Source: Burkholderiales bacterium
Lineage (GTDB): Bacteria; Pseudomonadota; Gammaproteobacteria; Burkholderiales; SG8-41
Direction of reading: 5' to 3'
DNA: 61,731 nt
Assembly: GCA_035456985.1 (NCBI GenBank)
Contig: DATICE010000090.1
Coordinates: forward strand, 1-61,731
Every line of letters begins with the position of its first letter. Position 1 is the first letter of the stretch. Under the pieces are notes generated by a model. It was not told the origin of the DNA, made no database searches, and saw only the letters and a list, made by a program, of their open reading frames with translations. Position numbers and translations under genes: made by a program. Positions 36,565 to 46,499 of this stretch are shown piece after piece.

Positions 36565-37005
36565 TCATCCCATGAGGTCGCGTGCGCTGAACTCCACAAT
36601 GCTCGGAGGTTTCTGCGTGAAGTCGCTGTAGCGCACCCACGTGGGACGCACACGCACGAACGCCCAGCCCGGCCAGTTCCCGCCGCTCCATCCTTCCGGG
36701 AACCGGCGGACGTAGATCGCCTTCAGGCGCTCAAGCTCCGCTCCCTGCGGCTCATCCGCCAGGCCCTCGTACTGGACCGTCCGTTCGTCCCCCGCGCCCC
36801 ACCCGCCTACGACGAGCGCGATCCTTGGGTTTTGTCGAAGATTCCGGATCTTTCGCGTGGAATCGAGAGTCTCGAACACGATCTGAAGGTCGTCGGTCAC
36901 CGCGAAGCCGATGATCGCGGCCTGCGCGTCACCGCCGGCCGAGGCCGACGCCTCGACAGCCCAGAACTGGCTGCGCAAGAACCCGAGGAGTCCCGCGCGG
37001 TCCAC
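36565..37005 (-). CDS. Pyridoxamine 5'-phosphate oxidase-family (FMN-binding split-barrel) protein
   Basis: 146 aa with a pattern typical of the family (K.RNL..NPR.ALVV...........VQ.EG.A). Confidence 0.75.
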   Translation of the reverse strand: MDRAGLLGFLRSQFWAVEASASAGGDAQAAIIGFAVTDDLQIVFETLDSTRKIRNLRQNPRIALVVGGWGAGDERTVQYEGLADEPQGAELERLKAIYVRRFPEGWSGGNWPGWAFVRVRPTWVRYSDFTQKPPSIVEFSARDLMG

Positions 37006-37048
37006 GCTTTCCCCGTTCGCGCAGCAGACGCGTCAAATCCAACGCCGC

Positions 37049-38092
37049 CTATTCAACGACGCCCAGGCGACCGTTGTGCGACCCCATGTACCACAGCCGG
37101 CCGCGCGCATCGGTCACCATCTTGCGGATGCCGACGTTGTTCGAAGGCAGCTGGACGACTCGCATCTGCTCGGTCTTAGGGTCGAAGCGCACCACGGTGT
37201 CGGTGTTGATCTCGTTCACCCACACGATGCCGCCGCCGTCCACCGTGATCGCGTATGGGCCAGCGTCGCCGCCCGGGAGCGGGTACTCCTTGACGACCTT
37301 CATCGCCACCGGATCGAGCTTTGCCATCTTGCCGTTGCCGTAGAGCGCCACCCACAGCATGCCGTCGGGCGCCGTTGCGACGCGGCGCGGGCGCGAGCCG
37401 CGTCCCATGTTCACCTCGCTCATCTGACCGGTCTTCGGGTCGAGCTTGCCCATCCGGTTGTCGCCCATGCGGCAGAACCAGACGTTGCCCGCCTTGTCGA
37501 GCGCGAGGCCGTACGGCCCGCCCGAGGACTGGTACTCCTTGATCGCGCCGGTCTTCGTGTCGATGCTCGCGACCTTGTCGCCGCTTTGCATCGTGAACCA
37601 GATGGTGCTCTGGTCGTCGGTAATGACGAGCGTGTGCGGCCCGCCGCTCCCGGATGGCGTCTTGAACTCCGTCATCTTGCCGGTCGCAGGGTCGAGTTTG
37701 CCGATCGTCCCGTTGCCGTTGCCGGTCGTCCACACCATGCCTCGGCGGTCCACCAGCAGTCCATGCGGCCGGTGGCCTGACGGCAGGTCCCATTCCCTGA
37801 AGCTCGTGGTCTTGGGATCGAAGCGCGCTACCTTGTTGCCGGTCATTACCGCAATGTAGATCGCGCCATCGGGGGCCACCGCCGGGTCCCGCGCGAAGCG
37901 CGGCGTCGGCACCGGCCACTCGCTCACTTTGCCAGCGAAGTTCGGATGCGAGCCAGGCGTGATCCCGTAGTTGGAGCCGCCGGCGAGCGCCGCGAGCGGT
38001 GTTAGCGCAAGCATCCAAGTCAATCGCCTCATCATGTCACGCCTCATCACGTTACGATTCACCATGTCACGAATCATCATGTCACGCCTCAC
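37049..38092 (-). CDS. Vgb-family beta-propeller protein (streptogramin-lyase-like, COG4257 type), exported
   Basis: Blade motifs repeat (GPHTLVITDDQSTIWFT, GPYGLALDKAGNVWFC, GPYAITVDGGGIVWV). A signal-like LTWMLALTPLAALAGG is present. GTG 38092 overlaps the upstream stop (GTGA), but in-frame ATGs at 38047, 38035 and 38032 are alternative starts. Confidence 0.82.
   Translation of the reverse strand: MRRDMMIRDMVNRNVMRRDMMRRLTWMLALTPLAALAGGSNYGITPGSHPNFAGKVSEWPVPTPRFARDPAVAPDGAIYIAVMTGNKVARFDPKTTSFREWDLPSGHRPHGLLVDRRGMVWTTGNGNGTIGKLDPATGKMTEFKTPSGSGGPHTLVITDDQSTIWFTMQSGDKVASIDTKTGAIKEYQSSGGPYGLALDKAGNVWFCRMGDNRMGKLDPKTGQMSEVNMGRGSRPRRVATAPDGMLWVALYGNGKMAKLDPVAMKVVKEYPLPGGDAGPYAITVDGGGIVWVNEINTDTVVRFDPKTEQMRVVQLPSNNVGIRKMVTDARGRLWYMGSHNGRLGVVE
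38030..38089 (-). repeat. 15-nt tandem repeat x4 (coding-strand units AGGCGTGACATGATG / ATTCGTGACATGGTG / AATCGTAACGTGATG / AGGCGTGACATGATG)
   Basis: The plus strand reads catcatgtcacgcct catcacgttacgatt caccatgtcacgaat catcatgtcacgcct. The first and fourth units are identical. Confidence 0.9.
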
Positions 38093-38898
38093 TTGTTCTT
38101 CCAGCGCGGCTTGCGTTTTTCCACGAACGCCGCGATCCCTTCCCGTCCGTCCTCGGTCTTCACGCTGTCCGCCATCGCCGCGGTGGCGATCTTGTAGGCC
38201 TGGTCGAGGTTGCCGCTTACCTGCTCGTAGAAAAGCTTCTTGCCGGCCGCGATGACGGCGCGCGATTTCGCCAGGATCGATCTGACCAGCACTTGCACCT
38301 CCGCATCGAGGCGGTCGGCCGGCACCACGCGGTTGACGAGGCCCCAGGCGAGGGCGGTGGCGGCGTCGATCGGCTCGCCGGTCAGCAGCATTTCCATCGC
38401 GCGCTTGCGGGAGATATTGCGCGCCAGCGGCACGCCCGGCGTGGAGCAGAATATCCCGTAATTAACGCCCGAGGTCGCGAAGCGGGCGTCCGTCACTGCG
38501 ACGGCAAGGTCGCACTGCGCGACGAGCTGGCAGCCGGCGGCGAAGGCGGGGCCGTGCACGCGCGCGATGACTGGCTGGGGGAGCTGCGTGAGCCCGGTCA
38601 TTACGGCCTGGCAGCGCTCGAAGGCTTGCTTTGCGAACCGCGGGTCGGCGTGCTCGTGCATTTCCTTGAGGTCATGTCCGGCGCAGAATGCCTTGCCGGT
38701 GCCGGCGATGATGACGACACGCACGGACTCATCGCGGGCAAGGTCGTGCACTGCCGATTGCAGCGCAGAGAGCAGCGCGGCGGACAGCGCGTTGTACTGG
38801 TCGGGACGGTTGAGCGTAAGCGTCGCGACGCCGCCGGCGTCCTCTCGCAGCAGCACCTCGGCTTCGGTGCCCGCGGTGGCGAGATGGATGGCTGTCAT
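38089..38898 (-). CDS. Enoyl-CoA hydratase/isomerase (crotonase) family protein
   Basis: Trimmed to MTAIHLATAG... (269 aa). Crotonase motifs are present (AGTGKAFCAGHDLKE and a later GG..LA). The 827-aa track ORF is an over-extension. Confidence 0.92.
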   Translation of the reverse strand: MTAIHLATAGTEAEVLLREDAGGVATLTLNRPDQYNALSAALLSALQSAVHDLARDESVRVVIIAGTGKAFCAGHDLKEMHEHADPRFAKQAFERCQAVMTGLTQLPQPVIARVHGPAFAAGCQLVAQCDLAVAVTDARFATSGVNYGIFCSTPGVPLARNISRKRAMEMLLTGEPIDAATALAWGLVNRVVPADRLDAEVQVLVRSILAKSRAVIAAGKKLFYEQVSGNLDQAYKIATAAMADSVKTEDGREGIAAFVEKRKPRWKNK

Positions 38899-39021
38899 GA
38901 CTTCGAGCTCCTCGTGGTGCCGGCCCCGGGGCAACGTTAAACTGAGCCTGTCGAAAGGATAATCATAACTCCGCCGGTTCGGGAACGGATTCACACGGAC
39001 ACCGGGCGGCCCCATCAAACG

Positions 39022-39048
39022 AAAAAAGCGGCCCGCAGGCCGCTTTTT
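39022..39048 (-). terminator. Rho-independent (bidirectional-looking) terminator after the ATPase-USP gene
   Basis: The sequence is AAAAAA GCGGCC CGCA GGCCGC TTTTT. On the minus strand a GC stem is followed by TTTTTT, 45 nt after the stop at 39093. Confidence 0.8.
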
Positions 39049-39092
39049 CCCGGCGGAGCGGGCCGCCAGGGCTTCGGTCTTTCGCAACCAGA

Positions 39093-42000
39093 TCAGTCGG
39101 CGGCGGCCGCCAACAACAGGCCGAGCAGCGCCGTGAGCGCGGCCGGAATGCCGTAGCGCTCGTACTTCGACACGGCGTCGCCTGCGATCAGCTCGACCGG
39201 CACCGGCGTCAGCTCGAGCACGCGGTTGGTGACGGAGCTCTCGATCCACCGCGTGAGCGAGTTCTTGCGCGCCGTACTCATGACGATCTGATCGCAGCGC
39301 AGGCGGCGTGCCGTATCCGCGATGCATTTCGCCTTGTCCCCCACCTCGGCGTGCACCGAGTAGGGTATGCCGCGGCTGTCGAGCATCTGCCGGATCGGCT
39401 TCAGCGCCTTCTCGGCCTCCTCTCGATGGTAGTCCAGGCGGTCCTTGCCGCTCGTGAACCCTGAGATGTGCTTGCTGAACGGCGCCTGGATGTTCAGCAG
39501 GTGAATCTCCGTCGCCGTATTGCCCATGAACTGCCCGATCACATGCCTCACCGCAAACTCGCTGTTGCGGGAGCCGTCGACCGGAAGCAGCACTTTGGTC
39601 ATGGTATTCCCTCCTGAGCTGTGGAGCACGGCGGATGACTGAGCTGCACGCTGCCGCGCAAAGCCGGCGGCAGGCGTCCCTGCGAGCCCTTCGTCCGATT
39701 TCAGCACCGTCCGGCTCCGGAAGTAGATCTTGAGCAGTTCCATGGCGATCGGCGAGGCGAAGAAGAACGGAAACATGAACAGCCAGTCGCTTGCCGTCAG
39801 CGGCACGGTGTCGAAAAACGGCTGCAGGAACGGCAGGTACACCACCGCCAGCACCAGCAGGAACGAGGCGAGCACCGCCCAGTTCATCCACTTGTTGGTG
39901 AATATGCCGAGGGAGAACACGCTGTGGTACTCCGAGCGCGCGGTATAGGCGCGGATGAGCTCGGAGGTGCACAGCGTGACGAAGGCGATGGTCTGGGCCG
40001 CCTCGAGATGGCCGGGATAGCGCTGCAACCCGAAGACGAACGCCAGCAGTATGGCGATGGCGTCCACAACGGCGATGACGCCGATGCCGATCGCCATGTC
40101 GCGATTGATGACCGGCTCCCGCGGCGGCCGCGGCTTGTGCTTCATGATGTCCGGATCGCCCTTCTCCATTCCGAGCGCAAGCGCGGGCGCGCCGTCGCTC
40201 ACCAGGTTCAGCCACAGCAGGTGAACCGGCCTCAGGGGAATCGGCAGGCCGAACAGCATCGAGCCGAATATGATCAGGATCTCGCCGGCGTTGCAGGCGA
40301 GCAGGAAGTACACGAACTTGCGGATGTTGGAATAGATGATGCGGCCCTGCTCGATGGCCGAGACGATGCTGGCGAAATTGTCGTCGGTGAGAACCATGTC
40401 CGCCGTCTGTTTGGACACATCCGTGCCGGTGATGCCCATGGCCACGCCGATGTTCGCGCGCTTGAGCGCCGGAGCGTCGTTCACGCCGTCTCCGGTCATC
40501 GCCACGACATGGTCGCGCGCCTTCATCGCATCGACGATCCGCGTCTTGTGCTGGGGCGAGACGCGGCAGCACACCTGAAGCTTGTCGGCACGGGCCGCCA
40601 GCGCCTCGTCACTCATTTTTTCGATTTCCGGCCCGGTCAGCACCAGCCCGCCCGGGGTGAGAATTCCGATCTCCTTCGCGATGGCCTCGGCGGTCTCCTT
40701 GTGATCGCCGGTGACCATGACGCTTTTCAGCCCGGCGCCATTCGCGACTCTGACCGCCTCCACGACCTCGGGCCGCGCCGGGTCGATCATGCCCAGCAGT
40801 CCGACGAACGTGAGCTCCTTCTCGATGGTCTCGGGGGTGCAGGATTCGGGGACGCTCGCCAACGGGCGGTAGGCCACGCCGAGCACCCGCAAAGCATTAC
40901 TCGCCAGGTCGCGGTTCTGGTCGAGGATTTCCCTGCGCTTTGCGTCCGTCAAGGCGACGGACTGCCCCGATTCCTGGAGATGGCTGCAGAGATCCAGCAG
41001 GACATCGGGCGCGCCCTTGACGAAGGCGACATGCTGCGGATAGCGGAAGCTCGGGGCGATCGCCTCGGCGCGGGCGGCATCGGGGCTGTGAATGGTCGTC
41101 ATCCGCTTGCGGTCGGAGTCAAAGGGAATCTCCTGGACCCTGGGCATCGCCTTTTCCATGGTTGCGCGCTCGAGCCCGGATTTCGTGGCGACGACGACCA
41201 TGGCGCCTTCCGTGGGATCGCCCACGATCCGCCACGACTGCCGGCCCGTCTCGTCGGCGCGTTCCACCAGCTTCGCGTCATTGCAGAGCAGCGCTCCGTG
41301 CAGGAGTACCGTCGCGTCGGGGTCGGAGCCCGTAGCGAAGGGCTGTCCATCCGCGGTGAACTGCCCCGTCGGGTTGTAGCCCTCTCCCGTGACGCGGAAC
41401 CGTTTCCCGCCCACCCAGCCCTGGACGACGGTCATCTCGTTCTGCGTCAGCGTGCCGGTCTTGTCGGAGCAGATGACCGTCGCGCAGCCGAGTGTTTCCA
41501 CCGCGGGCAGCTTCCGGATCAGGGCATGGCGCTTGACCATCTGCTGCATCCCCAGCGCAAGACAGATGGTCACGATCGCCGGCAGGCCCTCGGGGACGGC
41601 CGCGATGGCGAGGCTTACGGCCGTCATGAAAAGGTTGATGATGTCCTTCTGCTCGCCCTGCAGGTAGTTGAGGAATCCGATGGTGAAGATGTCCGTCAGC
41701 TTCGTGTCACGCAGGAGGCCGTAGATGAAGACGAAGGCGCAGATGCCGATGCAAATGGTGCCGAGCACCTTGCCGAGATGCTCCAGCTTCTGCTGCAAGG
41801 GCGTGGCTTCATCCTCGTAGGACTGGATCATTTCCGCGATGAGTCCGATCTGGGTGTTCATCCCGGTGCCGGTTACGAGGCCTTTGCCGCGGCCGTAGGT
41901 CACCATCGTGCTCATGAACGCCGAATTCTTGCGGTCGCCCAGCGGGATGTCCTTGTCGAGCACCACCGCGGCTCTCTTCTCAACAGGCACGGATTCTCCC

Positions 42001-42506
42001 GTCAGCGAGGCCTCCTCGACCTTGAGATTGACGCTCGTCACGAGGCGCATGTCGGCGGGAACGTAGTTGCCAGCCTCCAGCAGGACGATGTCGCCGGGAA
42101 CAAGCTCGCGCCCCGGGATCGCCGTCTCGACGCCGTCGCGGATGACCTGGGCGTTGGGTGCTGACATCTTCTTCAGCGCCGCAAGTGCCTGCTCCGCCTT
42201 CGACTCCTGAATCACGCCGACGACGGCGTTCAGCACGACGATCACCATGATGGCGATGGAATCGACCCACTCGCCGAGCGCCAGCGCGATGAGCGCCGCG
42301 ACAATAAGGATGATCACGAGGTAGTTGTTGAACTGGCCCCACAGCAAGGCGAGAAACCCCGGCCGCGGCTTTTCCCGCAGCTCATTGGCGCCCAGCTTCC
42401 GGAGACGATCCTGCGCCTCTTGCGAGGTCAGGCCTCGCTCCGCGTGCGTCTGAAACGCATCGACGACGCTTTCGATGGGCTGGTTATGGGTGTCTTTTTC
42501 CTGCAT
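39093..42506 (-). CDS. Cation-translocating P-type ATPase (type II-like) read in frame into a C-terminal universal stress protein (USP) domain
   Basis: [17 protein letters not shown] and [12 protein letters not shown] are present with 10 TM segments. No stop precedes [11 protein letters not shown]... (USP, internal ATG at 39602 with GGAGGG 6 nt upstream). The protein ends in a hydrophobic tail, [18 protein letters not shown]. Confidence 0.85.
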   Translation of the reverse strand: MQEKDTHNQPIESVVDAFQTHAERGLTSQEAQDRLRKLGANELREKPRPGFLALLWGQFNNYLVIILIVAALIALALGEWVDSIAIMVIVVLNAVVGVIQESKAEQALAALKKMSAPNAQVIRDGVETAIPGRELVPGDIVLLEAGNYVPADMRLVTSVNLKVEEASLTGESVPVEKRAAVVLDKDIPLGDRKNSAFMSTMVTYGRGKGLVTGTGMNTQIGLIAEMIQSYEDEATPLQQKLEHLGKVLGTICIGICAFVFIYGLLRDTKLTDIFTIGFLNYLQGEQKDIINLFMTAVSLAIAAVPEGLPAIVTICLALGMQQMVKRHALIRKLPAVETLGCATVICSDKTGTLTQNEMTVVQGWVGGKRFRVTGEGYNPTGQFTADGQPFATGSDPDATVLLHGALLCNDAKLVERADETGRQSWRIVGDPTEGAMVVVATKSGLERATMEKAMPRVQEIPFDSDRKRMTTIHSPDAARAEAIAPSFRYPQHVAFVKGAPDVLLDLCSHLQESGQSVALTDAKRREILDQNRDLASNALRVLGVAYRPLASVPESCTPETIEKELTFVGLLGMIDPARPEVVEAVRVANGAGLKSVMVTGDHKETAEAIAKEIGILTPGGLVLTGPEIEKMSDEALAARADKLQVCCRVSPQHKTRIVDAMKARDHVVAMTGDGVNDAPALKRANIGVAMGITGTDVSKQTADMVLTDDNFASIVSAIEQGRIIYSNIRKFVYFLLACNAGEILIIFGSMLFGLPIPLRPVHLLWLNLVSDGAPALALGMEKGDPDIMKHKPRPPREPVINRDMAIGIGVIAVVDAIAILLAFVFGLQRYPGHLEAAQTIAFVTLCTSELIRAYTARSEYHSVFSLGIFTNKWMNWAVLASFLLVLAVVYLPFLQPFFDTVPLTASDWLFMFPFFFASPIAMELLKIYFRSRTVLKSDEGLAGTPAAGFARQRAAQSSAVLHSSGGNTMTKVLLPVDGSRNSEFAVRHVIGQFMGNTATEIHLLNIQAPFSKHISGFTSGKDRLDYHREEAEKALKPIRQMLDSRGIPYSVHAEVGDKAKCIADTARRLRCDQIVMSTARKNSLTRWIESSVTNRVLELTPVPVELIAGDAVSKYERYGIPAALTALLGLLLAAAAD

Positions 42507-42627
42507 GGAGGTCTCCTTGACGGCTTTTCCCGCGGATCATGGAGCGAGCCGGCGGGAAATGAAAATTGCTTCTTGCGATGGCTACAATTGCGAAACGTAA
42601 GGCTCAATGGCGAATCAGAATTGCAGG

Positions 42628-42644
42628 CATTACGATTCGTAATG
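42628..42644. promoter_or_regulatory. 17-bp perfect palindrome CATTACG-ATT-CGTAATG (contains a T-N11-A LysR-type box)
   Basis: It lies in the AT-rich 426-bp divergent region between the P-type ATPase (minus strand) and the LysR regulator (plus strand). Confidence 0.4.
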
Positions 42645-42932
42645 GATCGAAAGCTTGATGGAAGGGAACCGATGTGGTATCAATAGTGCGCGACTCGGCT
42701 AGAGCCGGGCGCCCCTCAAAAGGGGAGTAGCTTCGGCAGCCCCGTGGCTGCTACGACGCGATCGTCAATTCGGGCATTGCCCCGGTCGCGCCGGCATCGA
42801 GAACGGTGCAAGCGAGACCTTTGCCACACAGGTGAAGGTCCGTTTCGTACAGGCGGCCTTCACTGCGAGGTGAAGGCCGCTGTGCATTTTGGGGCACGGC
42901 GGTAATGGCAACGGATCGGAGGAGCCATCGCC

Positions 42933-43886
42933 ATGCCGCAAGCGAACATCCGGCGTTTCCTGAAACATGGAACCCTGCCGCAGCTGCGCGTCTTCGAAGC
43001 CAGCGCGCGCCTCGGAAATTTCACCCGCGCCGCGCAGGAGCTGCACATGGCCCAGCCGACGGCCTCGGTGCAGATCAAGAAGCTGAGCGAGACGGTCGGC
43101 CTGCCGCTCTTCGAGCAGGTGGGCAAGCGCATCTACCTGACGGAAGCCGGCAGGCGGGTATACGCGGGCTGCAACGACGTCTTCCAGGCGCTCTCGAAGC
43201 TCGAGGAAATGCTGAGCGAAATGCGCGGGCTGGCGTCGGGTCAGCTGCGACTGGCCGTGACTTCGACGGCGAAGTATTTCGTCCCACGGCTACTCGGCGC
43301 GTTCGTCCAGCGTCATCCCGGCATCGAGGCATCGCTGCAGATCCACAACCGGAGCGAGTTGATCGCGCGGCTGGCAAACAACGAGGACGACCTCTACTTG
43401 TTCGCCGACCCGCCGGTCGAGCAGGAGGTCGTCGTCCAGGCCATCCTGTCCGACCCGCTGGTGGTGTTTGCGCGCAGCGACCATCCGCTGGCGGGGGAAA
43501 AGAGGATCGCGTTTGCGCGCTTCGCGCACGAGCCGTTCCTGATACGCGAACCCGGGTCGGGAACGCGCATGGTGGTGTTGAAGTTGTTCGAGCAGCACGG
43601 GCTCGCTCCGAAAATACGAATGGAGCTCAGCACCGACGAGGCGATCCGGGAAGCGATACTCGCCGGGCTCGGCGTCTCGATCCTGTCGCGCTACAGCCTG
43701 GGGCTGGAATCGGAACAGACGAAGCTCGCCTGCCTGGACGTCGAAGGGTTCCCCCGCGAGCGTCACTGGCATTTCGTCTATCCCGTGGGCAAGCAGCTGT
43801 CTATGGCCACGCGCGCATTCATGGACTTCGCGCGCATCGAGACAAAGAGCCTCGTGCGCGACGGCTTCGTCCAGCGTCCAGACTGA
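42933..43886 (+). CDS. LysR-family transcriptional regulator (CbbR-like)
   Basis: An N-terminal wHTH (FTRAAQELHMAQPTASVQIKKLSETVG) is followed by a LysR substrate-binding domain. 317 aa. Confidence 0.92.
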   Translation: MPQANIRRFLKHGTLPQLRVFEASARLGNFTRAAQELHMAQPTASVQIKKLSETVGLPLFEQVGKRIYLTEAGRRVYAGCNDVFQALSKLEEMLSEMRGLASGQLRLAVTSTAKYFVPRLLGAFVQRHPGIEASLQIHNRSELIARLANNEDDLYLFADPPVEQEVVVQAILSDPLVVFARSDHPLAGEKRIAFARFAHEPFLIREPGSGTRMVVLKLFEQHGLAPKIRMELSTDEAIREAILAGLGVSILSRYSLGLESEQTKLACLDVEGFPRERHWHFVYPVGKQLSMATRAFMDFARIETKSLVRDGFVQRPD

Positions 43887-44082
43887 CGCTCGAGCCGGGC
43901 GGGCTTTCAAAGCTCCCCCCGGTACGGATCCAGTCGTAGTTGACCGCGCCTTGCTCGGTCGCGGCGCCGAGCACCTTCATTCTCGCGTGCAGACCGAGGC
44001 TCGGGCGGAGGCGCTCACGCAGCGCTGACCGCCTTTCGGGCCGCGTGCTACGATTGCCGCTCCAGCGACAAGAGGAGATTTT

Positions 44083-44673
44083 GTGAAGCTTTACATGACG
44101 GAAACCTCAGGCAATGCCTACAAGGTGCGCTTGCTGCTTTCGATGCTGAACGTCCCGTTCGAGAAGGCGATGATCGATGCGCGGGGCGGAGAGCACAAGA
44201 AGGAGCCGTTCCTCAAGATCAATCCGCGCGGGCAGGTGCCGGCGCTGGAGGACGGGGGCCGCATCTACTGGGGCTCGACCGCATGCCTCATCTACGTCGC
44301 GCGCAAGCACGGCGGAGACCAGTGGCTGCCGACCGATCCCGCGGGGATGGCGGAAGTGGGTCAATGGCTGGAGCTGGCGCAGAACGAGCTGCATTACGGT
44401 CTGCAGTGGGCGCGCGGCAACAAGACCGGGATCAGGAAGGTCGGCAACTACGAGGAGTATCGCAGTTACGGAGAGGCGGGCTTGAAGCTGCTCGAGGGCC
44501 GGTTGAAGAGCAACCCATGGCTCGCGCTCGGGCGGCCGACGGTCGCTGATGTCGCCTGCTACCCGTACGTTTCGGTATCTCCGGAAGGCGGCTTCGCGCT
44601 CGAGAACTACCCGGGCGTGATGGCATGGATGAAGCGCTTCGAAACGCTGCCCGGCTGGATCAAGCGACTCTAG
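44083..44673 (+). CDS. Glutathione S-transferase family protein
   Basis: GTG start with AAGAGGAG upstream. The N-terminal thioredoxin-like part has KLYMTETSGNAYKVRLLL...NPRGQVPAL. 196 aa. Confidence 0.85.
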   Translation: MKLYMTETSGNAYKVRLLLSMLNVPFEKAMIDARGGEHKKEPFLKINPRGQVPALEDGGRIYWGSTACLIYVARKHGGDQWLPTDPAGMAEVGQWLELAQNELHYGLQWARGNKTGIRKVGNYEEYRSYGEAGLKLLEGRLKSNPWLALGRPTVADVACYPYVSVSPEGGFALENYPGVMAWMKRFETLPGWIKRL

Positions 44674-44682
44674 TCTTTCGCC

Positions 44683-45789
44683 ATGCCGGATTTCCGCTAC
44701 GGGCACGCAGCCGCGCAGAACTGGCAGGAAGCTGCGGAAGCCTGCATTGCACAGATCGGCCGGGGCCCGGCGAGCCTCGGGTTCCTCTACGTGACGGATC
44801 TGCTCGCCGACCACCTGGGCGACATCCTCGCGTTGTTCAGGAGCCGGACCGGCATACCTCACTGGGTCGGCACTGTCGGCATCGGCGTCTGCGCCACCGG
44901 CCGCGAATATCTCGACGAGGCGGCGATCGCGGCGATGGCCGGCGACTTCGAGCCCGATTCCTTTCGCGTCTTCTCCGGAGTGGCGAGCGCCACGGACGTC
45001 GACAACGTCACGCTCAAGTGCGGCGGCGCGGCGCCGAACTTCGCCATCGTTCACGCCGACCCCTACAACCGGCACATCGCCGATCTCGTGAGCCGCCTCG
45101 CCGGAAAGGTGGAGAGCGGGTTCCTTGTGGGCGGGCTCACCAGCTCGCGCCGGCAGAACCTGCAGGTGGCGGACGGCGTGGTGGAGGGAGGGCTTTCCGG
45201 AGTGTCGTTCGCCGACAACGTCACGGTTGCCACCCGGCTCACGCAGGGCTGCTCTCCGCTCGGGCCGAAGCACCAGGTCACTGCGAGCCAGCACAATGTC
45301 ATCATCCAGCTCGACGGGCGCGCCGCGCTCGATGTCTTCAAGGAGGACATCGGCGAGACCCTCGCGCGCGATCTCAACCGCGTCGGCGGCCAGATCTTCG
45401 CGGGGCTGCCGATCGCCGGCAGCGACACCGGCGACTACCTGGTGCGCAACCTCGTGGGCATCGATCCCGCCAACCGCCTGATCGCCATCGGCGAGCTCCT
45501 GCAGCCCGGCGCGAGCGTGATGTTCTGCCGGCGCGACACGAAGACCGCCAACGAGGACATGGCGCGCATGCTGGACAGCATCCGCAAGGGCATGTTCGGG
45601 CGGCCGCGCGGAGGCGTCTATTACTCCTGCGTCGGGCGCGGCGCGAGCCTGTTCGGGCCGGATTCGGCTGAGCTCAAGATGATCCGCGAGACGCTCGGCG
45701 AGTTTCCGCTGGTTGGCTTCTTCTGCAACGGAGAAATCTCGCACAACCGGCTCTACGGCTACACCGGCGTGCTGACGCTCTTCGTATGA
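44683..45789 (+). CDS. FIST (N and C) domain sensory protein
   Basis: 368 aa. The sequence pattern (GFLYVTD...HWVGTVGIGVC...GFFCNGEI) is typical of FIST proteins as I remember them. Confidence 0.75.
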   Translation: MPDFRYGHAAAQNWQEAAEACIAQIGRGPASLGFLYVTDLLADHLGDILALFRSRTGIPHWVGTVGIGVCATGREYLDEAAIAAMAGDFEPDSFRVFSGVASATDVDNVTLKCGGAAPNFAIVHADPYNRHIADLVSRLAGKVESGFLVGGLTSSRRQNLQVADGVVEGGLSGVSFADNVTVATRLTQGCSPLGPKHQVTASQHNVIIQLDGRAALDVFKEDIGETLARDLNRVGGQIFAGLPIAGSDTGDYLVRNLVGIDPANRLIAIGELLQPGASVMFCRRDTKTANEDMARMLDSIRKGMFGRPRGGVYYSCVGRGASLFGPDSAELKMIRETLGEFPLVGFFCNGEISHNRLYGYTGVLTLFV

Positions 45790-46493
45790 CGCTGCTCGAG
45801 CGCATCCTGGTAATGCTGCCTCTCACGTGGATGGACGTCGCGGCGCTCGTGCTGCTCGTGACGGCATGGACCACCTACCAGTGGTATGCGGATTACGGCA
45901 GGCCGGCGCGGCCGCAGCTCGGACGCGAGATGGATCGTTTCGTGCGCGGATGGATCGAGCGCATGGTCGAGCGCGACAACCGCATGGTGGATGTCAACGT
46001 GCTGCGCAATATCATGCGCAGCTCGCAGTTCTTCGCCTCCACCACGATGCTCATCCTCGGTGCGCTGGTCGCGCTGATGGGCTACGCGGAGCGGGCGGCG
46101 AGCGTGGTGGCAGAGCTGCCGTTCGGGCAGCAGGTATCGATCCGCCTGTGGGAGCTGAAGATCCTGGTGCTGCTGCTGATCTTCGTTTACGCGTTCTTCA
46201 AATTCTCATGGTCGCTCCGGCAGTTCGGTTTCTCCTCAATCCTGGTAGGCGCTGCGCGCAAGCCGCCGGGAAACGCGTCGGATTACGCCGCGGACATCAA
46301 CCGGATCGCCGTCATCCTCTCCTTCGCCAACCGCAATTTCAACCAGGGCCTGCGGGCCTATTACTTCGGGGTAGCGGCGCTGTCGTGGTTCCTGCACCCG
46401 GCGTTGATGATCGCGGTGACGCTGGGCGTGCTGTACGTGCTGCATCAGCGGGAATTCCGCTCGCGCACGCTCGAGGTTCTGGTAAGGGATTGA
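45786..46493 (+). CDS. DUF599-family membrane protein
   Basis: ATGA overlap with the FIST gene. 235 aa with 4-5 hydrophobic segments. The family call is from memory. Confidence 0.75.
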   Translation: MTLLERILVMLPLTWMDVAALVLLVTAWTTYQWYADYGRPARPQLGREMDRFVRGWIERMVERDNRMVDVNVLRNIMRSSQFFASTTMLILGALVALMGYAERAASVVAELPFGQQVSIRLWELKILVLLLIFVYAFFKFSWSLRQFGFSSILVGAARKPPGNASDYAADINRIAVILSFANRNFNQGLRAYYFGVAALSWFLHPALMIAVTLGVLYVLHQREFRSRTLEVLVRD

Positions 46494-46499
46494 CGCCGA

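Noticed and set aside
42507-42932. Possible metal-sensing riboswitch (e.g. an M-box) or sRNA in the long AT-rich leader of the P-type ATPase.
   Set aside because: I could not recognise conserved riboswitch cores by eye. ORF 42765-43046 and the other ORFs here look spurious. Only the palindrome and two small hairpins are reportable.
43887-44082. Coding-looking minus-strand stretch (…MKVLGAATEQGAVNYDWIRTGG…) between the LysR and GST genes, considered as a gene remnant.
   Set aside because: It is short (about 50 codons), runs into the LysR gene, and carries no recognisable family motif. The evidence is insufficient.
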